64,000 bases of DNA from NCBI GenBank assembly GCA_045611705.1, contig JAZKXR010000007.1, positions 2,241 to 66,240 of the forward strand, read 5' to 3'. Below are positions 60,870 through 64,000 of the stretch, piece by piece. The notes below the pieces were generated by a model. The model was given only the letters and a program-made list of their open reading frames with translations, was not told the origin of the DNA and did no database searches. The position numbers were made by a program, and so were the translations under genes. How positions within the stretch are numbered: the stretch's first letter is position 1; each line of letters opens with the position of its first letter. The stretch comes from Alphaproteobacteria bacterium (GTDB lineage: Bacteria > Pseudomonadota > Alphaproteobacteria > CAAHEQ01 > UBA3637).

Positions 60870-61800
60870 GGTTATCCAAATCCCGTGAAATCAGGGCTTT
60901 TTTATAAAGACTGGTATTGGGTTCGCCCCGATAAAGTCCCATCATGTGAGGAATGATTCGGGTGATACGTTTGTAATTTTTTTGCATATAAGGAATCATT
61001 TTTTCCAATACTTCCTCACGTGATAAAATGGGGTGATTGTCGCCATAAAACATTTTATCTACATCCCTTAATTCATAGGGATGACCATAGGCCCAACGCC
61101 CAATCATCACACCATCCACATGGTTTAAATGTTCTTGGGCTTGCGTTAAAGATAATACATTTCCGTTGATGGAAATCGGCATATCTGGAAAAGATTTTTT
61201 TAACTTGTAAACCAGATCATAATTGATAGGTAAACGCAATCTGTTTTCCTTTGGACGCCAATTTAATTTTGCCTGGCGGGCGTGAACGATTAAATGGTTG
61301 CATCCGGCTTTTTTAACCAAGTCCGCCAAATGAAATAATTCTTTCCATCCGTCTCCTCCCACATCCGATAAAGAAATGCGTGTTTTAACCGAAACAGGCA
61401 AACGTGATGCACCACACATTTCGGCCACACAATCGGCAATCACTTCGGGTGTTTTCATTAAAATAGCCCCAAATTTACCCGATTGAACACGTTGGCTGGG
61501 GCATCCGGCATTGATGTTGATGCCTTCATATCCCCAACTTTCGGCCATTTTGGCACATTGGGCCATCAATTTTGGTTCGCTCCCACCCACCTGTAAAATC
61601 AACGGATGTTCTTCGGGATTATAATCCAATAATAATTCTTTGTTGCGTCCTAAAATCAAGGCAGGGCAGGCCACCATTTCCGTATATAATGTGGCGTGAT
61701 GGGTGATGAAACGCAGAAAATATCGGTAATGTCTATCTGTCCAATCCAACATTGGTGCAATAGATATCTTTTGCGAAAATAATTGATTTTTTTGTGTCAT
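60835..61800 (-). CDS. dusA: tRNA-dihydrouridine synthase A
   Basis: IAPMLDWTDRHYRYF motif; catalytic Cys region. Confidence 0.85.
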   Translation of the reverse strand: MTQKNQLFSQKISIAPMLDWTDRHYRYFLRFITHHATLYTEMVACPALILGRNKELLLDYNPEEHPLILQVGGSEPKLMAQCAKMAESWGYEGININAGCPSQRVQSGKFGAILMKTPEVIADCVAEMCGASRLPVSVKTRISLSDVGGDGWKELFHLADLVKKAGCNHLIVHARQAKLNWRPKENRLRLPINYDLVYKLKKSFPDMPISINGNVLSLTQAQEHLNHVDGVMIGRWAYGHPYELRDVDKMFYGDNHPILSREEVLEKMIPYMQKNYKRITRIIPHMMGLYRGEPNTSLYKKALISRDLDNLKAFLSDSQSP

Positions 61801-61845
61801 TGCTATATAATAGCATAAAATCAAAAAAAAAGAAAGGACCAAAAA

Positions 61846-62067
61846 ATGACTTTAACCGAAACAGAAATGAATAAAATACAACAATATTTGCGTCAATTGT
61901 TTTGGAATCCGGATATTACTTTACATCCCGGCAGCGCCAAAGACAGTCCGGCCGAAGTTTATATCGGTAAAGAATTTGTGGGTGTTATTTACAAAAATGA
62001 TGATGACGGTGAAATCTCATTTGATTGGAATATGTCCATTTTAAGTGATGATATTGAACAATTTTAA
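61846..62067 (+). CDS. DUF3126-like small protein
   Basis: About 73 aa, alphaproteobacterial pattern. Confidence 0.4.
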   Translation: MTLTETEMNKIQQYLRQLFWNPDITLHPGSAKDSPAEVYIGKEFVGVIYKNDDDGEISFDWNMSILSDDIEQF

Positions 62068-62070
62068 GGT

Positions 62071-63108
62071 ATGAAAACATCGCTTTTTAATTTTGATTTG
62101 CCCGAAAATTTGATTGCAAATCGGCCCGTTGAACCGCGTGATATGGCCCGTTTATTGCATATTGACGGGATGAATCTGCTTGATAAAATGATGCTGGATT
62201 TACCCGATTTATTGCATTCGGATGATGTTTTGGTGTTTAATAATACCAAAGTAATACCGGCCCGTTTATATGGAGTTCGGGGCCAGGCCAAAATTGAAAT
62301 GACTTTGTTTAAACAGGTGGATTTATCCACATGGGAAACGTTAATTAAAAACGCCCGCCGATTACATGTTGACGATATAATTGTTTTTGATGATAAATTA
62401 AATGCCAAAGTTTTGGAAAAATTACCAAACGGTCCTGTGGTGGTTCAATTTAATCTATCGGGTGGGGATTTGTTTGCCTATTTACACCAAGTTGGCACAA
62501 TGCCTTTACCACCTTATATCAAACGTTTATGGGGCGGTCAGGTTTCTGATAAAGCCGATTATCAAACCATTTACGCTCATCACGAAGGGGCAGTTGCAGC
62601 CCCAACGGCAGGCTTGCATTTTACCAAACGTTTGTTTGATGCATTGGATAAAAAAGGGATTCAACGTGAATTTATCACTTTACATGTGGGGGGTGGAACC
62701 TTTTTGCCGGTGAAGGTGGAAGATACCGAACAACACAAAATGCATGCCGAATATGGCATAATTACATCGGATGTGGCCAAACGATTAAATGAATATAAAA
62801 AACAAGGTCGTCGGATTATTCCTGTGGGAACAACTTCTTTACGTTTATTGGAATCGGCCTCGGATGAAAATGGTGTTTTGCAACCGTTTGCCCGTGAAAC
62901 GTCTATTTTTATTACACCGGGTTACCGCTTTAAATTTATTGATGCATTGTTTACCAATTTCCATACACCTGAATCCACTTTGTTTATGTTGGTCAGTTCA
63001 TTGGCCGGTTTGGATGAAATGCATCACGCATACAAACATGCCGTAGAAAAAGAGTATCGTTTCTTTTCCTACGGCGATGCGTGTTTGATTGAAAAAAAGA
63101 TTGTTTAA
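62071..63108 (+). CDS. queA: S-adenosylmethionine:tRNA ribosyltransferase-isomerase
   Basis: MKTSLFNFDLPENLIANRPVEPRD start; full length 345 aa. Confidence 0.9.
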   Translation: MKTSLFNFDLPENLIANRPVEPRDMARLLHIDGMNLLDKMMLDLPDLLHSDDVLVFNNTKVIPARLYGVRGQAKIEMTLFKQVDLSTWETLIKNARRLHVDDIIVFDDKLNAKVLEKLPNGPVVVQFNLSGGDLFAYLHQVGTMPLPPYIKRLWGGQVSDKADYQTIYAHHEGAVAAPTAGLHFTKRLFDALDKKGIQREFITLHVGGGTFLPVKVEDTEQHKMHAEYGIITSDVAKRLNEYKKQGRRIIPVGTTSLRLLESASDENGVLQPFARETSIFITPGYRFKFIDALFTNFHTPESTLFMLVSSLAGLDEMHHAYKHAVEKEYRFFSYGDACLIEKKIV

Positions 63109-63125
63109 CCTTTTTTTGTTTTCTT

Positions 63126-63863
63126 TTATTTTTTCGTCAAATCCTTTGAACCAATGTATGTTTCAAGGCTCATCAATATAACGGCCAACACTAATGCGGT
63201 AACCCATTGGAATAACGGAAACGAATAACCGTTATAGGTAAAAGTCGCAAATAATGTATAACCGAAGAAAGAAAACAAAATGTCAGCGGTCCATACAACC
63301 AGCATGGCTATCATTGAACAACGCCAAGCACTGTGAACGGGCATTTGTTTATTCTTTTTAATCAACAACCCGATTAAAGAGCTGAATCCAACCAAAGTCA
63401 AATAAAACACCCACAAAAGCACCATTACACACAGGGCAATAATAACAGGTACCCATGTTATGATATAGCCAAAGAATTGTTTCATTTTTTCGGGTGTAAT
63501 AACGAGATCATCTGGAAGTTCAGTTTGGGAAACAATGTTACCGTTTTGAAAAACGGTCAAGGCTTTTTTGGTCAAATAGACACCGTCTTGAATTACGCCT
63601 ACACCCACATAATCACGATCTGTTTGAATATACAAAAGCGGTGTATCCCCCAAAGAACGATAGGTGTTCATATTAATGGGTTCAACGACTGTTTCATCCT
63701 GAATGACAATTGTTGGAATTGAATCAACAAAGCTGGTAAAAATCGGGTCTTGAAAGCCGGCCTTTAAGATATTGGAACTGCCGAACCAAATCAGACACGA
63801 AATAAGTAAGTTGAATATCAAAACAACGATTAAACCACGGCTTTTCATTTTTAATAAGTTCAT
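63126..63863 (-). CDS. polytopic membrane protein, unknown function
   Basis: 5 to 6 hydrophobic helices. Confidence 0.35.
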   Translation of the reverse strand: MNLLKMKSRGLIVVLIFNLLISCLIWFGSSNILKAGFQDPIFTSFVDSIPTIVIQDETVVEPINMNTYRSLGDTPLLYIQTDRDYVGVGVIQDGVYLTKKALTVFQNGNIVSQTELPDDLVITPEKMKQFFGYIITWVPVIIALCVMVLLWVFYLTLVGFSSLIGLLIKKNKQMPVHSAWRCSMIAMLVVWTADILFSFFGYTLFATFTYNGYSFPLFQWVTALVLAVILMSLETYIGSKDLTKK

Positions 63864-64000
63864 ATTTTCCTCCTTTTAAAATGTACTTATAATTAGCGTT
63901 TTGTTTTTTTAATTGTCAAGACTTGTTATAACAAAGCTTTTTCCAATTGTTCAATTTCATCTTTTAATGAAAGTTTGTGCTTTTTGTATTGGGCTACTAA

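Overview
This 64 kb window reads as a low-GC alphaproteobacterial chromosome of the obligate-intracellular type (Rickettsiales- or Holosporales-like; the lineage is a guess from gene content). It combines housekeeping genes with three accessory regions. Housekeeping genes recognised: priA, a XerC/D-family recombinase, ligA, xthA, rpmI-rplT, rpmB, lemA, the batA/batB/batD operon, a comM/yifB-family ATPase, trkH, lnt, leuS, pepN, a MurD-like ligase, dusA, queA and tRNA-Thr(UGU). (1) At the window start, a three-gene operon encodes a Cys-rich secreted protein carrying an HExxH Zn-peptidase motif, a small lipoprotein and a second Cys-rich secreted protein with 27-aa tandem repeats; a tRNA-Thr gene lies nearby on the opposite strand. 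(2) A type IVb-pilus-like machinery cluster (13.0-21.6 kb) has a TcpQ-like protein, a lipoprotein secretin, bitopic PilO/PilP-like proteins, a GspE-family ATPase with a long acidic N-terminal extension, and a GspF-like platform protein. It has no prepilin or prepilin peptidase, but a VirB2/TrbC-type pilin gene sits divergently beside it. The same genome also carries rvh-type virB3-virB4 at 35.9-38.7 kb. (3) Directly abutting the pilus cluster is an 11 kb T7-like podovirus module on the minus strand. It carries portal, scaffold, major capsid, tail tubular A and B, a small internal protein, large terminase, a SleB-type lysin and two small membrane proteins, controlled by a divergent CI-like S24 repressor. 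It has no RNAP, replication genes, ejectosome proteins, tail fibre or integrase, so it is a candidate domesticated phage-particle locus. Other notable elements are a 650 bp array of REP-like hairpin repeats between ligA and virB2, and a promoter-to-terminator structured RNA of about 195 nt at 41.1 kb. All calls come from reading the six-frame translations and the DNA by eye; no database search was possible.
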